From Clostridium sp. CAG:609 (lineage in GTDB: Bacteria; Bacillota_I; Bacilli_A; RF39; UBA660): 64,000 nucleotides of DNA. A program made the translations under genes and the position numbers. Positions 9,658-19,930 of the stretch are shown here, piece by piece (the stretch's first letter is position 1; the number at the start of each line of letters is the position of its first letter). The stretch covers positions 14,086 to 78,085 of the forward strand of contig FR903540.1 in assembly GCA_000438075.1 (NCBI GenBank), read 5' to 3'. The notes beneath the pieces were generated by a model. The model was not told the DNA's origin and did no database searches. It saw nothing but the letters and a program-made list of their open reading frames with translations.

Positions 9658-10212
9658 CTATATTTCTCTCATTTTGTTTTTATTTTTGAAAGGATCTTTT
9701 TTATCAATCTTATCTACGAATAAAATTCCATTTAGATGGTCTATTTCATGTTGAAAAGCAACTGCTAAATCTTCACGTGCCCTCATTTTCTTTTTATTTC
9801 CTTCATAATCATAATATTCAATAGTAATTCTTGCATGTCTTGGAACAATTCCTTCAACTTCACGATTAACACTTAAACAGCCTTCACCTTCACCAACATA
9901 TATTAATTCTTCACTTTCACTAATAATTTTGGGATTTATTATAATGTATTCTTCAAATGTTCCTTTTTCTTCGAGTTCATTTGCTATAACAAAAATTCTT
10001 TTTTTATGTCCCATTTGAACAAAAGCCATTCCCATTCCTGCACGAAGATTATATTTTTCAGCTATTTTTTCATCTTGACTCATTTCTAAATACTTTATTG
10101 TGTCTTCAGCAAGCTTTCTATCTTCCTTGCTAATTGGAAATGTTGCTTCTTTACTTACTTCATGTAGTATTTTATGTTTTTCATCTAGTATCTTTATTTT
10201 TGGTAATTCCAT
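9658..10212 (-). CDS. def: peptide deformylase
   Basis: GMGMAFVQ, EGCLS and HEIDH motifs in the canonical order. Confidence 0.9.
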   Translation of the reverse strand: MELPKIKILDEKHKILHEVSKEATFPISKEDRKLAEDTIKYLEMSQDEKIAEKYNLRAGMGMAFVQMGHKKRIFVIANELEEKGTFEEYIIINPKIISESEELIYVGEGEGCLSVNREVEGIVPRHARITIEYYDYEGNKKKMRAREDLAVAFQHEIDHLNGILFVDKIDKKDPFKNKNKMREI

Positions 10213-10370
10213 ATTTCTTCACCCGACCTAGATTATATCAAATTTTTATCAAAAATGCAAAATTTCTCTATTTTTTTCTAAAAATATATTAAAATTAATA
10301 CTTATTTAAAATTTATTGTTTTTATAAGTTGCTCAGTAGTTATTTGTTTATATGATATAATAGTCGAGTT

Positions 10371-10401
10371 AAAAATAAAATGATATGTTAAAAACATATC
10401 A
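10371..10401 (-). terminator. rho-independent terminator of the small gene at 10428-10607
   Basis: 9-bp perfect stem TGATATGTT/AACATATCA with a 3-nt loop, followed on the minus strand by TTTTATTTTT. Confidence 0.55.
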
Positions 10402-10427
10402 CCTTATTATATTAGATATTGTTTTAT

Positions 10428-10607
10428 TTAATTGTTATTATTATTCCAGCTCCAGCCAGCACCTAAAATGATTACTAAAAGAATAAATAATACAATCCAT
10501 ATAGCAGCGCCTATACCATAACCACTTGTATATCCAGCATATTGTGGGCAACATTGATTTTGATTATATCCAGCACCATAATAGCCATTGTTTCCGTAAT
10601 AATACAT
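10428..10607 (-). CDS. YjcZ-like Gly/Tyr/Asn-rich micro-protein with C-terminal TM helix (absent from ORF track)
   Basis: 59 aa: MYYYGNNGYYGAGYNQNQCCPQYAGYTSGYGIGAAIWIVLFILLVIILGAGWSWNNNNN. RBS AGGAGG lies 8 nt upstream and the gene has its own terminator. Confidence 0.6.
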   Translation of the reverse strand: MYYYGNNGYYGAGYNQNQCCPQYAGYTSGYGIGAAIWIVLFILLVIILGAGWSWNNNNN

Positions 10608-10741
10608 AAATTTACCTCCTTTACTATCTATTATAATTTATTAGAAAAGACATCTTTTTGACATTAAAATAACCCAAGTTTTGAAAAATTATTTTATTTT
10701 ATAACAAATAATGGTACAATTTTGTTAGGAGTAGAGCGGAT

Positions 10742-11899
10742 ATGAAAAAAATATTATCTAAAATTGATATACAACTTTTTATAATGGTTATCCTTTATAT
10801 ATTGCTTGGTCTTGTTATGATTTATAGTGCATCAAGTGTAACTGCAGTTGTTCGCTATGGGTATCAGCCTTATCACTTTTTTATAAGACAAGCAATATTT
10901 GTTTTAGTGGCATTCTTTATAGGTTTTTTTGTGATACTTAGGTTTCCTACAAGAAATTATGCTTTATTTACGTGGCCACTTATATTTTTACTTATTGGTT
11001 CTTTGGCACTATTATTTGTTAAAGGTAAAATAGCAGGTGGTGCCATTAGTTGGTTTGATTTAAAATATTTTAAAGTTCAACCTAGTGAATTTGCTAAATC
11101 TATACTTATTGTTTTTATGGCAATATATTATAATAAGCTTCATTATAAAAAGGTTAAAAACATGTTTGCTTATTTTATACCTCTTTTGTTTGCAGGGATA
11201 ATTATTAGTTTAATATTTATGCAACCGGATTTAGGTAGTGCAGCAATTATTGCAGGTATTGTATTTTTAACATTTATAAGTATACCTGTTGTTAAAGGTA
11301 ATATTATGAAATATATTAAAGTTATAGCCATTGGTGTTGTTATATTTGCTATTTTTTTCTTGTATTCTGGTAATAGTTTTTTAAGTAGTGTTCAAAAGGG
11401 AAGATTAAATTTTAAAAATCCGTGTTCTAGATATACGGAAACAACTGGTTATCAAGTTTGTAATGGGTTTATTGCTATTAATAATGGTGGTTTGTTTGGA
11501 GTTGGTCTTGGTAATTCAACTCAGAAGTATTTGTATTTACCTGAGGCACATACCGATTTTATATTTCCAATTATAGTTGAAGAATTGGGGTTAGTAGTAG
11601 GTATTTTAATTGTACTCGGTTATGCTTATATGTTATCAAGAATTTTAAAGATTGCAAAAAGGTCTGAAAACTTAAGATGCTCAATTTTAGCTTATGGGAC
11701 ATTTTGGTATTTTGCTTTACATATATTAGTTAACTTACTTGGGGTTTTAGCACTTATTCCTTTGACTGGAGTACCACTTCCATTTTTAAGTTATGGTGGT
11801 TCATTTACTTTAAATGCAATTATTATGTTTTTTGTAGTTGAAAGGGTAAATGTTGAAAATAATATTAATAAGACTAAAAGAGAAATAAAATCTTTATAG
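10742..11899 (+). CDS. FtsW/RodA/SpoVE-family (SEDS) peptidoglycan polymerase
   Basis: 385 aa polytopic membrane protein; conserved SEDS blocks (QPSEFAK, ...PEAHTDFIF..., LP(F)LSYGGS). Confidence 0.85.
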   Translation: MKKILSKIDIQLFIMVILYILLGLVMIYSASSVTAVVRYGYQPYHFFIRQAIFVLVAFFIGFFVILRFPTRNYALFTWPLIFLLIGSLALLFVKGKIAGGAISWFDLKYFKVQPSEFAKSILIVFMAIYYNKLHYKKVKNMFAYFIPLLFAGIIISLIFMQPDLGSAAIIAGIVFLTFISIPVVKGNIMKYIKVIAIGVVIFAIFFLYSGNSFLSSVQKGRLNFKNPCSRYTETTGYQVCNGFIAINNGGLFGVGLGNSTQKYLYLPEAHTDFIFPIIVEELGLVVGILIVLGYAYMLSRILKIAKRSENLRCSILAYGTFWYFALHILVNLLGVLALIPLTGVPLPFLSYGGSFTLNAIIMFFVVERVNVENNINKTKREIKSL

Positions 11900-11913
11900 T
11901 CTTTTTATTTTAT

Positions 11914-12049
11914 TTGATTTGCTCCAGATAATGCAGTAAAATTGATATTAAGTGGAGAAAATATGACAAAAATAACTAGAAATTAGTCAAAAAACCTTGA
12001 TTTTCTCCAAATAATGCAGTAAAATTGATATTAAGTGGAGGAAATATGA
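11914..12049. repeat. two direct 53-bp repeats (11914-11966 and 11997-12049, 3 mismatches), each carrying promoter-like hexamers, an RBS and an ATG
   Basis: TTGATTT(G/T)CTCCA(G/A)ATAATGCAGTAAAATTGATATTAAGTGGAG(A/G)AAATATGA occurs twice with an 83-bp period. Confidence 0.85.
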
Positions 12050-12648
12050 TAGTAACAGATAAGATGCTTAAAGAAAAGTATCATAATTATGTAAATGTTT
12101 ATAGTAAAATAAATAGTGAAATTAAAAAGGGAAATTTAATTAGAGTAGTTCGAGGAATATATGAAACTAATCCGAATGTATCTAATTATTTGCTTGCATC
12201 AAGTGTTTGTAGTCCTTCTTATATATCGTTTGATTTTGCTTTGTATTTATATGGGCTTATTCCTGAAAGAGCTGTTAATTGTACAAGTGCAACTTATGAT
12301 AAGAGAAAGAAAAAGGTATATCATACGTCTTTTGGTGATTATATTTTCTATGATGTACCTAAGAATGTTTATCAATACGGTATTAAAATTATGGAAGAAG
12401 GGGAATATGGTTTTTGGATTGCTACTCCAGAGAAGGCTTTATGTGATAAGTTATATACTTTATCCCCGTTAAAAAATTTACACGAGATGGAAGTTATGAT
12501 ATTTGATGATTTAAGAATATATGAAGATGAGTTATATAAGTTTGATATGAATCTTTTAAAGGAGATTGAAGAAAATTATCATTCAACTAATGTAACATTG
12601 TTTTATAAATTTATGAGGAGGTTAAAAGATGAACAAGACACTAAGTGA
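12046..12648 (+). CDS. abiEi: AbiEi-family antitoxin / transcriptional regulator (type IV TA)
   Basis: Start at the ATG after RBS GGAGG (track ORF starts at 12025). N-terminal ...GNLIRVVRGIYE... and 20-nt overlap with the AbiEii gene. Confidence 0.8.
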   Translation: MIVTDKMLKEKYHNYVNVYSKINSEIKKGNLIRVVRGIYETNPNVSNYLLASSVCSPSYISFDFALYLYGLIPERAVNCTSATYDKRKKKVYHTSFGDYIFYDVPKNVYQYGIKIMEEGEYGFWIATPEKALCDKLYTLSPLKNLHEMEVMIFDDLRIYEDELYKFDMNLLKEIEENYHSTNVTLFYKFMRRLKDEQDTK

Positions 12649-13498
12649 AATGTTAGAAAAATATGAAATTAAAACCGATAAGGATGAAATTAATGCACTA
12701 AAAGAAATTATTCAAGAACTAGTTATAAGTGGATTATCAAAGAGTGATTTTTTTAATCGAGCTGCTTTTTATGGCGGAACTGCACTTAGAATATTTTATG
12801 ATTTGGATAGATTTTCTGAAGATTTGGATTTTGCTTTAGTAAGCCCAGATAAAAATTTTGATTTAAGTGCTTACTTTCCATTTATAGAAAAAGAAGTTTC
12901 TTTATATGGGTTAAATTTAAAGGTTGATACAAAGATTAAAACTAAAGAATCTAATATATCATCTGCTTTTTTAAAAGGCGATACTATGGAACATATTTTA
13001 ATTTTCTTTAGTGAAAGCAATTTGCAAAATAATTCTAAATTACTTAGGGATATTAAAATTAAATTTGAAATTGATATTAATCCACCGAGTGGTGCGGAAT
13101 ATGAAATAAAATATAAATTATTGCCAACGCCTCATTCAGTAAGACTTTATAATAAGGAATCTTTATTTGCTGGTAAGATTCATGCTATATTATGTAGAAA
13201 TTGGTCCCATAGAACTAAAGGAAGAGATTTATATGATTATGCATTTTTCTTATCAAAGAATATTAAAGTTAATATGAATCTTGTAAAATCTAAACTGGTT
13301 GAGTCTAATGTTTTAAAAGATGATGATAACTTTGATATAAATATTTTAAAAAATATGTTAAATGAAAAGTTTAAATTAATAGATTATGATGCTGCTAAAA
13401 ATGATGTTGCACCGTTTTTAGATGATTCAACTAAATTGAATATTTGGTCAATGGAATTCTTTCAATCTATTACTGATAACTTACATGAGGAACAATAA
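12629..13498 (+). CDS. abiEii: AbiEii/AbiGii-family nucleotidyltransferase toxin
   Basis: 289 aa; FYGGTALRIFY...RFSEDLDF NTase signature typical of AbiEii. Confidence 0.85.
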   Translation: MNKTLSEMLEKYEIKTDKDEINALKEIIQELVISGLSKSDFFNRAAFYGGTALRIFYDLDRFSEDLDFALVSPDKNFDLSAYFPFIEKEVSLYGLNLKVDTKIKTKESNISSAFLKGDTMEHILIFFSESNLQNNSKLLRDIKIKFEIDINPPSGAEYEIKYKLLPTPHSVRLYNKESLFAGKIHAILCRNWSHRTKGRDLYDYAFFLSKNIKVNMNLVKSKLVESNVLKDDDNFDINILKNMLNEKFKLIDYDAAKNDVAPFLDDSTKLNIWSMEFFQSITDNLHEEQ

Positions 13499-13734
13499 AC
13501 TAAAATAGGACTCTTTTTTGTGGTCTTATTTGTTTGGAAAGTTTCTGTAAAATCATGCAAATTATTGTTAAAATAGTGCTTTTTTGTCAAAATTTAGTCA
13601 ATAATTTAAAAAAAATAAAAAAAATTAATAGAAATTGTTAATTTCTTATTGATTTTATGGGGTTTTTTTGATAATCTTAATATGTAAGGCTAGTGGCTTT
13701 ACAAAATATTTTAGATAATGGGAGGTAAAGAAAT

Positions 13735-14007
13735 ATGTCTAAAACAGAATTAGTAGAATTAATTGCAAAAGAAGCTGGACTTTCTAAAGCTGATGCTGCT
13801 CGTGCTCTTGATGCTACAATCGCAGGAATTACTGCTGGATTAAAGAAAGATGGAAAGGTATCTTTAGTAGGATTTGGTACATTTAGTGCTAAAACTAGAG
13901 CTGCTAGAGAAGGAATTAATCCTTTAACTAAAGAACCAATCAAAATTGCTGCTAAGACAGTTGCTTCATTTAAAGCCGGAAGCAAATTAAAAGACGCTTT
14001 AAATTAG
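13735..14007 (+). CDS. hup: DNA-binding protein HU
   Basis: 90 aa; MSKTELV..., GFGTF...R.AREGINP..., canonical HU. Confidence 0.95.
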   Translation: MSKTELVELIAKEAGLSKADAARALDATIAGITAGLKKDGKVSLVGFGTFSAKTRAAREGINPLTKEPIKIAAKTVASFKAGSKLKDALN

Positions 14008-14016
14008 TTTAAAACG

Positions 14017-14043
14017 AAAAGTTGACTTTGTTCAACTTTTTTT
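14017..14043 (+). terminator. rho-independent terminator of hup
   Basis: 9-bp stem AAAAGTTGA/TCAACTTTT, 6-nt loop, T-run. Confidence 0.8.
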
Positions 14044-14065
14044 GGTTCGAGGAGGAGGATTAGAT

Positions 14066-15106
14066 ATGAAAAAAAGATTAATAATTTTATTAGGAGTAGG
14101 CATAAGTTTTTTGATACTTCCCTTTTTAATAAATGTATATGGTTTATGGAGACTTATTATATTACTTATTGGTATTTTATTAATTACCATATGTACTGCG
14201 ATTAAATTTAAAAACAATATTATAGTAATTATTCTTGTTAATTTAATACTTTTATCTAGTACTTATGGAATAGATTATTTGTTATGTTATAAATTAAATA
14301 GATTACCTATATATGCATTTAGTTTAGAAAGTAATGATAGTTTTAGAACATTAAATAGTTTCTTTTATAGAGTTTATGATTGTAATTCTAATTTAGTAAT
14401 GGATTATGGATATAGAAAAAGTTATATATGTGATGAAGATTTACTTGATACAGTTGATGTAAATAGTTTGTTACAAGATCCTCGTGTAAGTTATAAAAAA
14501 TATAAAAATAAATTTATTAAAGTAAGTGGTAAGATCAGTAAGATAGTGGGTAGTGAAGTATTAGAACTTGGTAAATATACAAAAACAGATGATGTATTAA
14601 ATGGTTATGTTTTATTTAGTGATAGTGAAGCCTTAGTTGTTAATACAACTGAAGTACTTAGTAAATATAGAATATATGATGAAATAACTGTTATTGGTAG
14701 AGTGGATAGTACTGATGGTAAGAAAATAACTTTAAAAGATACACTATTAATACCAAGTAATATATATGATAGTTTTACATATGAAGTTATAAATAATGAT
14801 AGTAAGTTAACTAATTTAGTTAAAGATAAAAATTATTATTACTACGGTATTAATAGTATAAATATAAAGTATGATAGTAATAATATTTATGAACTTAGTT
14901 ATTCTTTAACTGATAATAGATTTAGTGTATTAGATATAATTGGTAATAGTACTTATGAAGTATTAAAAAAAGATGATGAAGAAATAGGTAAGTTATATAA
15001 GTTAGATAAATTTAATGTAGTATTATGTAATAATGATAATGTTATATTTGCTAGTTTAAAAAAGAATATTAATTATGAAGTATGTAGTTATGTAGTGGAT
15101 GAATAA
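14066..15106 (+). CDS. membrane protein, unknown function
   Basis: Start at the ATG after RBS GGAGGAGG (the track start at 14042 lies inside the hup terminator). Three N-terminal TM helices, then a soluble domain. Confidence 0.6.
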   Translation: MKKRLIILLGVGISFLILPFLINVYGLWRLIILLIGILLITICTAIKFKNNIIVIILVNLILLSSTYGIDYLLCYKLNRLPIYAFSLESNDSFRTLNSFFYRVYDCNSNLVMDYGYRKSYICDEDLLDTVDVNSLLQDPRVSYKKYKNKFIKVSGKISKIVGSEVLELGKYTKTDDVLNGYVLFSDSEALVVNTTEVLSKYRIYDEITVIGRVDSTDGKKITLKDTLLIPSNIYDSFTYEVINNDSKLTNLVKDKNYYYYGINSINIKYDSNNIYELSYSLTDNRFSVLDIIGNSTYEVLKKDDEEIGKLYKLDKFNVVLCNNDNVIFASLKKNINYEVCSYVVDE

Positions 15107-15179
15107 TTATGTTTACTTTTATAAATTATATTAGTATAATATTTTTACAAATGTTTATATTGATGAAAAAATACATTAT

Positions 15180-15481
15180 GGCTATTCTTATGAAGACAAG
15201 AAAGATTTGTTAAAAATTGGGCTTTATGAGTAGGATTCTTCAAAAAGATACTACTAAAACTTATTTGGCTAAATATTGGTTTATCGTAATGGACTATTAT
15301 GCCAGATTTTTATGACGGCAATACTATTTTTGCTATTATTCATTCTACTATTGTTAGTGGAACAATGAGTTTTAATTATCATATGGTAGCGCGAGCGCGA
15401 TCTACATTTTATCTTTTATCTTCAGTTCAATATGACTCTGGTACTGGTAGTGCAAGTGATCCGATTTGCTTGAAAATTTAA
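15180..15481 (+). pseudogene. remnant of a disrupted gene (fragments in at least two frames)
   Basis: Pieces ...DLLKIGLYE*, ...TYLAKYWFIVMDYYARFL* and PDFYDGN...ARARSTFYLLSSVQYDSGTGSASDPICLKI lie in different frames. There is no RBS and no intact N-terminus. Confidence 0.3.
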
Positions 15482-15589
15482 AATATTATAAAAAGTTGAT
15501 GAAAATATATACAAAATTGCATGAAGTGATTGACGGAGTGCAATTTTTTTGATACAATTATTTTATATCGAGAAAAGGGGACAGTGCCT

Positions 15590-16189
15590 TTGGAACATTA
15601 TTTTACAAACAACGATAATTTAAAAAGTGAGATAAGAGAGTTGTCTTATATATACAATGGTAAACCATTTATTTTTTTGAGTGATAATGGTGTTTTTGCT
15701 AAGAACAAAATAGATTATGCATCTAGGTTGTTGGTGGAAAGTTTTTTGAAACTGGTTAACACCAGAGAAGAGGATTGCAATTTGCTTGATGTAGGTTGTG
15801 GTTATGGATATATGGGGATTGTTATTGGTGGAGTACTTGGTTGTTTCGTTGACTTAGTTGATGTTAATAAAAGAGCGGTTCATTTAAGTGAAAGAAATAT
15901 AAAGCTTAACAATGTTAAGGGACGTGCATTTATAAGTAATGCGTATGAAAGTGTAAAAAATAAATATAAATATATAATTACTAATCCTCCGATTAGGGCT
16001 GGTAAAGATGTTGTATTAGACATCTTAGCTAATGCAAAGGGACATCTTGAAGATGACGGTGAGCTTTGGTTTGTTATTAATAAAGATCAAGGTGCTAAAT
16101 CTATTAAAAAGATAATGGATGAGTGTTATAAAGTAGAAGTTGTAGCTAAAAGTAAAGGTTTTTTTGTTTTTTGTGCAAAAATTGATTGA
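15590..16189 (+). CDS. class I SAM-dependent methyltransferase (RsmC/YbxB-like)
   Basis: DVGCGYGYMG (motif I) and ITNPPIRAG (NPP motif). Sits immediately upstream of rpoB, as B. subtilis ybxB does. Start assigned to in-frame TTG 15590 after GGGG; the ORF is open from 15530. Confidence 0.8.
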   Translation: MEHYFTNNDNLKSEIRELSYIYNGKPFIFLSDNGVFAKNKIDYASRLLVESFLKLVNTREEDCNLLDVGCGYGYMGIVIGGVLGCFVDLVDVNKRAVHLSERNIKLNNVKGRAFISNAYESVKNKYKYIITNPPIRAGKDVVLDILANAKGHLEDDGELWFVINKDQGAKSIKKIMDECYKVEVVAKSKGFFVFCAKID

Positions 16190-16214
16190 CAAATCTTTAA
16201 TTTGGCTTTACAAT
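16186..16214 (+). promoter_or_regulatory. putative rpoBC promoter
   Basis: TTGACA (16186-16191), 17-nt spacer, TACAAT (16209-16214). Confidence 0.5.
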
Positions 16215-16294
16215 TTTAAATTGGTGACGTATTTATTTTTTAAATAAAAAAAGCGAAGAAATAGTCTTAAAAAAATTGTGTATGGGGTGATATC

Positions 16295-19200
16295 ATGGCT
16301 TATAAAGTAAAAAAATTTGGTGACTATCGTGAAAGAAGATGTTTTTCAAAGACGAAAAACGTTTTAGAATTGAATGATTTATTGGAAGTTCAAAAGAAAT
16401 CATACCAAGAATTCTTAGATACTGGTATCAAAGAAATATTTGATGACTTATTTCCAGTTGAAAGCTTTACTGGTAATATATCTTTAGAATTTGGTGATTA
16501 TTATTTTGATGAACCAAGATATTCAGTTAAGGAAGCTAAGGAAAGAATGGTTAACTATGCTGCTCCATTAAAGGTTGAAGCACGTCTTTACATTCACGAA
16601 ACTGGTGAAGTAAAAGAACAAACTATATTTCTTGGAGACATGCCACTTATGACTGAAGCTGGAACATTCATTATTAATGGGGCAGAACGTGTAATTGTTT
16701 CCCAATTAGTAAGAAGTCCAAGTGTATATTTCAAAAAAGAAATCGATAAGAATGGACGTCATATCTTAAGTGGTGAATTAATACCTAATAAAGGTACATG
16801 GCTTGAATATGAAACAGATGCTAGAGATGTTTTATATGTAAGAATTGATAGAACTAGAAAAGTTACAGTTACTACATTCTTAAGAGCTTTAGGTTTATCT
16901 AGTGATGATGATATTATTAGTCTTTTTGGTGATAATGATTATATTAATAATACATTAGAAAAAGATAGTACTAATAATACAGATGAAGCATTAATTGAAA
17001 TTTATGAAAAACTAAGACCTGGTGAACCAGCAACATTAGATTCTTCAAAGAACCAATTAATTACAAGATTCTTTGATAGATTCCGTTATGATTTAGCTAA
17101 AGTTGGACGTTATAAATTTAATAAGAAATTAAATATCTTAGATAGATTAGAAGGTTTAACACTCGCTGAACCATTAATTGATGGTGATAATGTTTTAGCT
17201 AATGCTGGTGATAAACTTACTAGTGAAGTTTTAGAAAATTTAAGACCATATTTTGAAAAAGGATTAAATGTTAAAGAACTTTTAATTAATGAAGAATTGG
17301 ATGACTATAAGACTGCTCAAGTAGTTAAAGTAGTAGATCCAGAAGATAGTAAAAAAACTATTAATATTATTGGAATTGACCCAAGCATTGATGTTAGACG
17401 TCTAACTATTCCTGATGTTTATGCATCATTAAGTTATTATATTGGACTTCATGAAAATATTGGTAGCGATGATGAAATTGATAACTTAGGAAACCGTCGT
17501 GTTCGTCAAGTTGGTGAACTTATTCAAAATCAATTTAGAATTGGTATGGCAAGAATGGAAAGAGTTATTCGTGAAAGAATGACTACTCAAGAATTAGATA
17601 CTGTTACACCTAAAACATTAATTAATATTAGACCAGTAACTGCAGCGTTAAAAGAATTCTTTGGTTCTTCACAATTATCTAAATTCATGGATCAAATTAA
17701 CCCAATAGCAGAACTTACTGATAAGAGACGTTTATCAAGTTTAGGACCTGGAGGTTTATCTCGTGAACGTGCTGGTATGGATGTTCGTGACGTTAATGCA
17801 TCTCACTATGGTCGTATTTGTCCGATTGAATCACCAGAAGGACAAAACATTGGTCTTATTACATCACTTGCTGGTTATGCTAAGATTAATGATTATGGTT
17901 TCATTATGACTCCATATCATAAAGTTGTTAATGGTGTTGTAACTAATGAAGTAGTTTATTTAACTGCTGATGAAGAAAAAGGACATGCTATTAGTCAAGC
18001 TGCTGTTAAGTTAGATGATGATAATAGAATTGTTGATAAGGAAGTAGTTGCAAGATATAATGGTGATACAATCTATGTAAAAAGAGAAAAAATTGATTAT
18101 GTCGATGTTGCTCCAAGTCAAGTTGTTGCTATTACAACAAGTTGTATTCCATTCCTTGAATTCGATGATGCCCACAGAACTTTGATGGGTGCAAACATGC
18201 AACGTCAAGCAGTACCTTTACTTACTTGTGAAGCTCCAATTGTTGGAACAGGTGTAGAATGTATTGCTGCAAGAGATTCTGGTTCAACTATTGTTGCTAA
18301 AGCAGATGGTGTAGTTGAATATGCTGATGGTTTAAAGATTATAGTTAAAACTGCTGGTGGTAAAGATACATATCATTTAGCAAATTATGAAAGAAGTAAT
18401 GCATCAAGTTGTATTAATCATCATCCAATTGTTAAAGCTGGAGATGCTATATGCCGCGGACAAGTTATTGCTGATGGTCCATCAACTGACATGGGTGAAC
18501 TTGCTTTAGGTAAAAACTTAACTGTAGCATTCATGACATTTGAAGGCTATAATTACGAAGATGCAGTAATCTTAAATGAAAGATTAGTAAAAGATGATGT
18601 TTATACATCACTTCATATATCACATTACGATATTGATTGTCGTGATACAAAACTTGGACCTGAAGAAATTACAAGAGATATTCCAAATGTTGGGGAAGAT
18701 GCTCGTAAGAATCTTGATGCTGATGGTATTGTAAGAATTGGTACTGAAGTAAGAGATGGTGATATTCTAGTAGGTAAAGTTACACCAAAAGGTATGCAAG
18801 AACTTACTAGTGAAGAAAAATTATTACATGCTATATTTGGTGAAAAGACTCGTGAAGTAAGAGATACATCACTACGTGTAGAACATGGTGCTGGTGGTAT
18901 CGTTCATGATGTTAAAGTTTATACAAAAGAAAATAGTGATGAACTTCCTGCAGGTGTATCTAAGATAATAAGAGTATATATTATTCAAAAACGTAAGATA
19001 CAAGTAGGGGATAAGATGTCTGGTCGTCACGGTAATAAAGGGGTTATTTCTTTAGTACTTCCTGAAGAAGATATGCCTTATTTACCAGATGGTAGACCTG
19101 TAGATGTTATGCTTAACCCATTAGGTGTTCCATCACGTATGAATATTGGACAAATCTTAGAATTACACTTAGGTATGGCTGGTAAAAAGTTAGGTGTTCA

Positions 19201-19930
19201 TTATGCTACTCCAGTATTTGATAGTGCAACATGGGAAGATATTTCTGAAGAAATGAAAGAAGCAGGAATGGAGCCAGATGGAAAAGTAGTACTTCATGAT
19301 GGTAGAACTGGAGAACCATTTGATCATAGAATCAATGTTGGGGTTATGTATATGGTTAAACTACATCACATGGTTGATGATAAACTACATGCTAGAGCAA
19401 CAGGACCTTATTCACTTGTTACTCAACAACCTCTAGGTGGTAAAGCTCAATTCGGTGGACAACGTTTCGGAGAAATGGAAGTTTGGGCATTATATGCTTA
19501 TGGTGCATCACATGTATTACAAGAAATCTTAACTGTTAAAGCTGATGATATCGTAGGTCGTGTAAAGGTTTATGAATCTTTAGTTAAAGGTAAAGTTATT
19601 GATCAAGCTGGTGTTCCTGAATCATTTAGAGTACTAGTTAAGGAATTCCAAGCACTTGGTTTAGATGTTCAAGTAATTGATAATGATGATAATGTATTAG
19701 AATTCAAAGACATCGAAGAAGATGAAGATGATAATGATGCATTTAGAATTGATGAAATAGATGTAACTACAAAAGAATTAAATAAAGATAATGTAGTTAA
19801 TGAAGAATTGGATAGTTATGATGACTATGATGATGATTTGGATGATGAAGAAGATTCATTAGATGATTTAGAATTTCCAGGAGATATTGAAGAAGAAGAT
19901 GTCTTAGATGAAGGGGAAGGTGAAGAATAA
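16295..19930 (+). CDS. rpoB: DNA-directed RNA polymerase subunit beta
   Basis: 1211 aa; [15 protein letters not shown] and other universal beta blocks; about 100-aa poly-acidic C-terminal tail. Confidence 0.98.
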   Translation: MAYKVKKFGDYRERRCFSKTKNVLELNDLLEVQKKSYQEFLDTGIKEIFDDLFPVESFTGNISLEFGDYYFDEPRYSVKEAKERMVNYAAPLKVEARLYIHETGEVKEQTIFLGDMPLMTEAGTFIINGAERVIVSQLVRSPSVYFKKEIDKNGRHILSGELIPNKGTWLEYETDARDVLYVRIDRTRKVTVTTFLRALGLSSDDDIISLFGDNDYINNTLEKDSTNNTDEALIEIYEKLRPGEPATLDSSKNQLITRFFDRFRYDLAKVGRYKFNKKLNILDRLEGLTLAEPLIDGDNVLANAGDKLTSEVLENLRPYFEKGLNVKELLINEELDDYKTAQVVKVVDPEDSKKTINIIGIDPSIDVRRLTIPDVYASLSYYIGLHENIGSDDEIDNLGNRRVRQVGELIQNQFRIGMARMERVIRERMTTQELDTVTPKTLINIRPVTAALKEFFGSSQLSKFMDQINPIAELTDKRRLSSLGPGGLSRERAGMDVRDVNASHYGRICPIESPEGQNIGLITSLAGYAKINDYGFIMTPYHKVVNGVVTNEVVYLTADEEKGHAISQAAVKLDDDNRIVDKEVVARYNGDTIYVKREKIDYVDVAPSQVVAITTSCIPFLEFDDAHRTLMGANMQRQAVPLLTCEAPIVGTGVECIAARDSGSTIVAKADGVVEYADGLKIIVKTAGGKDTYHLANYERSNASSCINHHPIVKAGDAICRGQVIADGPSTDMGELALGKNLTVAFMTFEGYNYEDAVILNERLVKDDVYTSLHISHYDIDCRDTKLGPEEITRDIPNVGEDARKNLDADGIVRIGTEVRDGDILVGKVTPKGMQELTSEEKLLHAIFGEKTREVRDTSLRVEHGAGGIVHDVKVYTKENSDELPAGVSKIIRVYIIQKRKIQVGDKMSGRHGNKGVISLVLPEEDMPYLPDGRPVDVMLNPLGVPSRMNIGQILELHLGMAGKKLGVHYATPVFDSATWEDISEEMKEAGMEPDGKVVLHDGRTGEPFDHRINVGVMYMVKLHHMVDDKLHARATGPYSLVTQQPLGGKAQFGGQRFGEMEVWALYAYGASHVLQEILTVKADDIVGRVKVYESLVKGKVIDQAGVPESFRVLVKEFQALGLDVQVIDNDDNVLEFKDIEEDEDDNDAFRIDEIDVTTKELNKDNVVNEELDSYDDYDDDLDDEEDSLDDLEFPGDIEEEDVLDEGEGEE

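Noticed and set aside
11914-12049. Possible CRISPR array or other regularly spaced repeats anywhere in the window
   Set aside because: There are only two copies of a 53-bp repeat, which carry promoter/RBS/ATG features. No series of short repeats with unique spacers was seen anywhere, and no cas genes are present.
12161-12472. 103-aa +1-frame ORF inside abiEi
   Set aside because: It is an alternative frame of a gene with a recognisable AbiEi N-terminal domain. It has no RBS and hydrophobic junk composition.
13677-13985. 102-aa ORF antisense to hup
   Set aside because: It exactly mirrors the HU gene. The Ala-rich sequence is the complement of HU's Ala/Lys-rich codons. HU is unambiguous.
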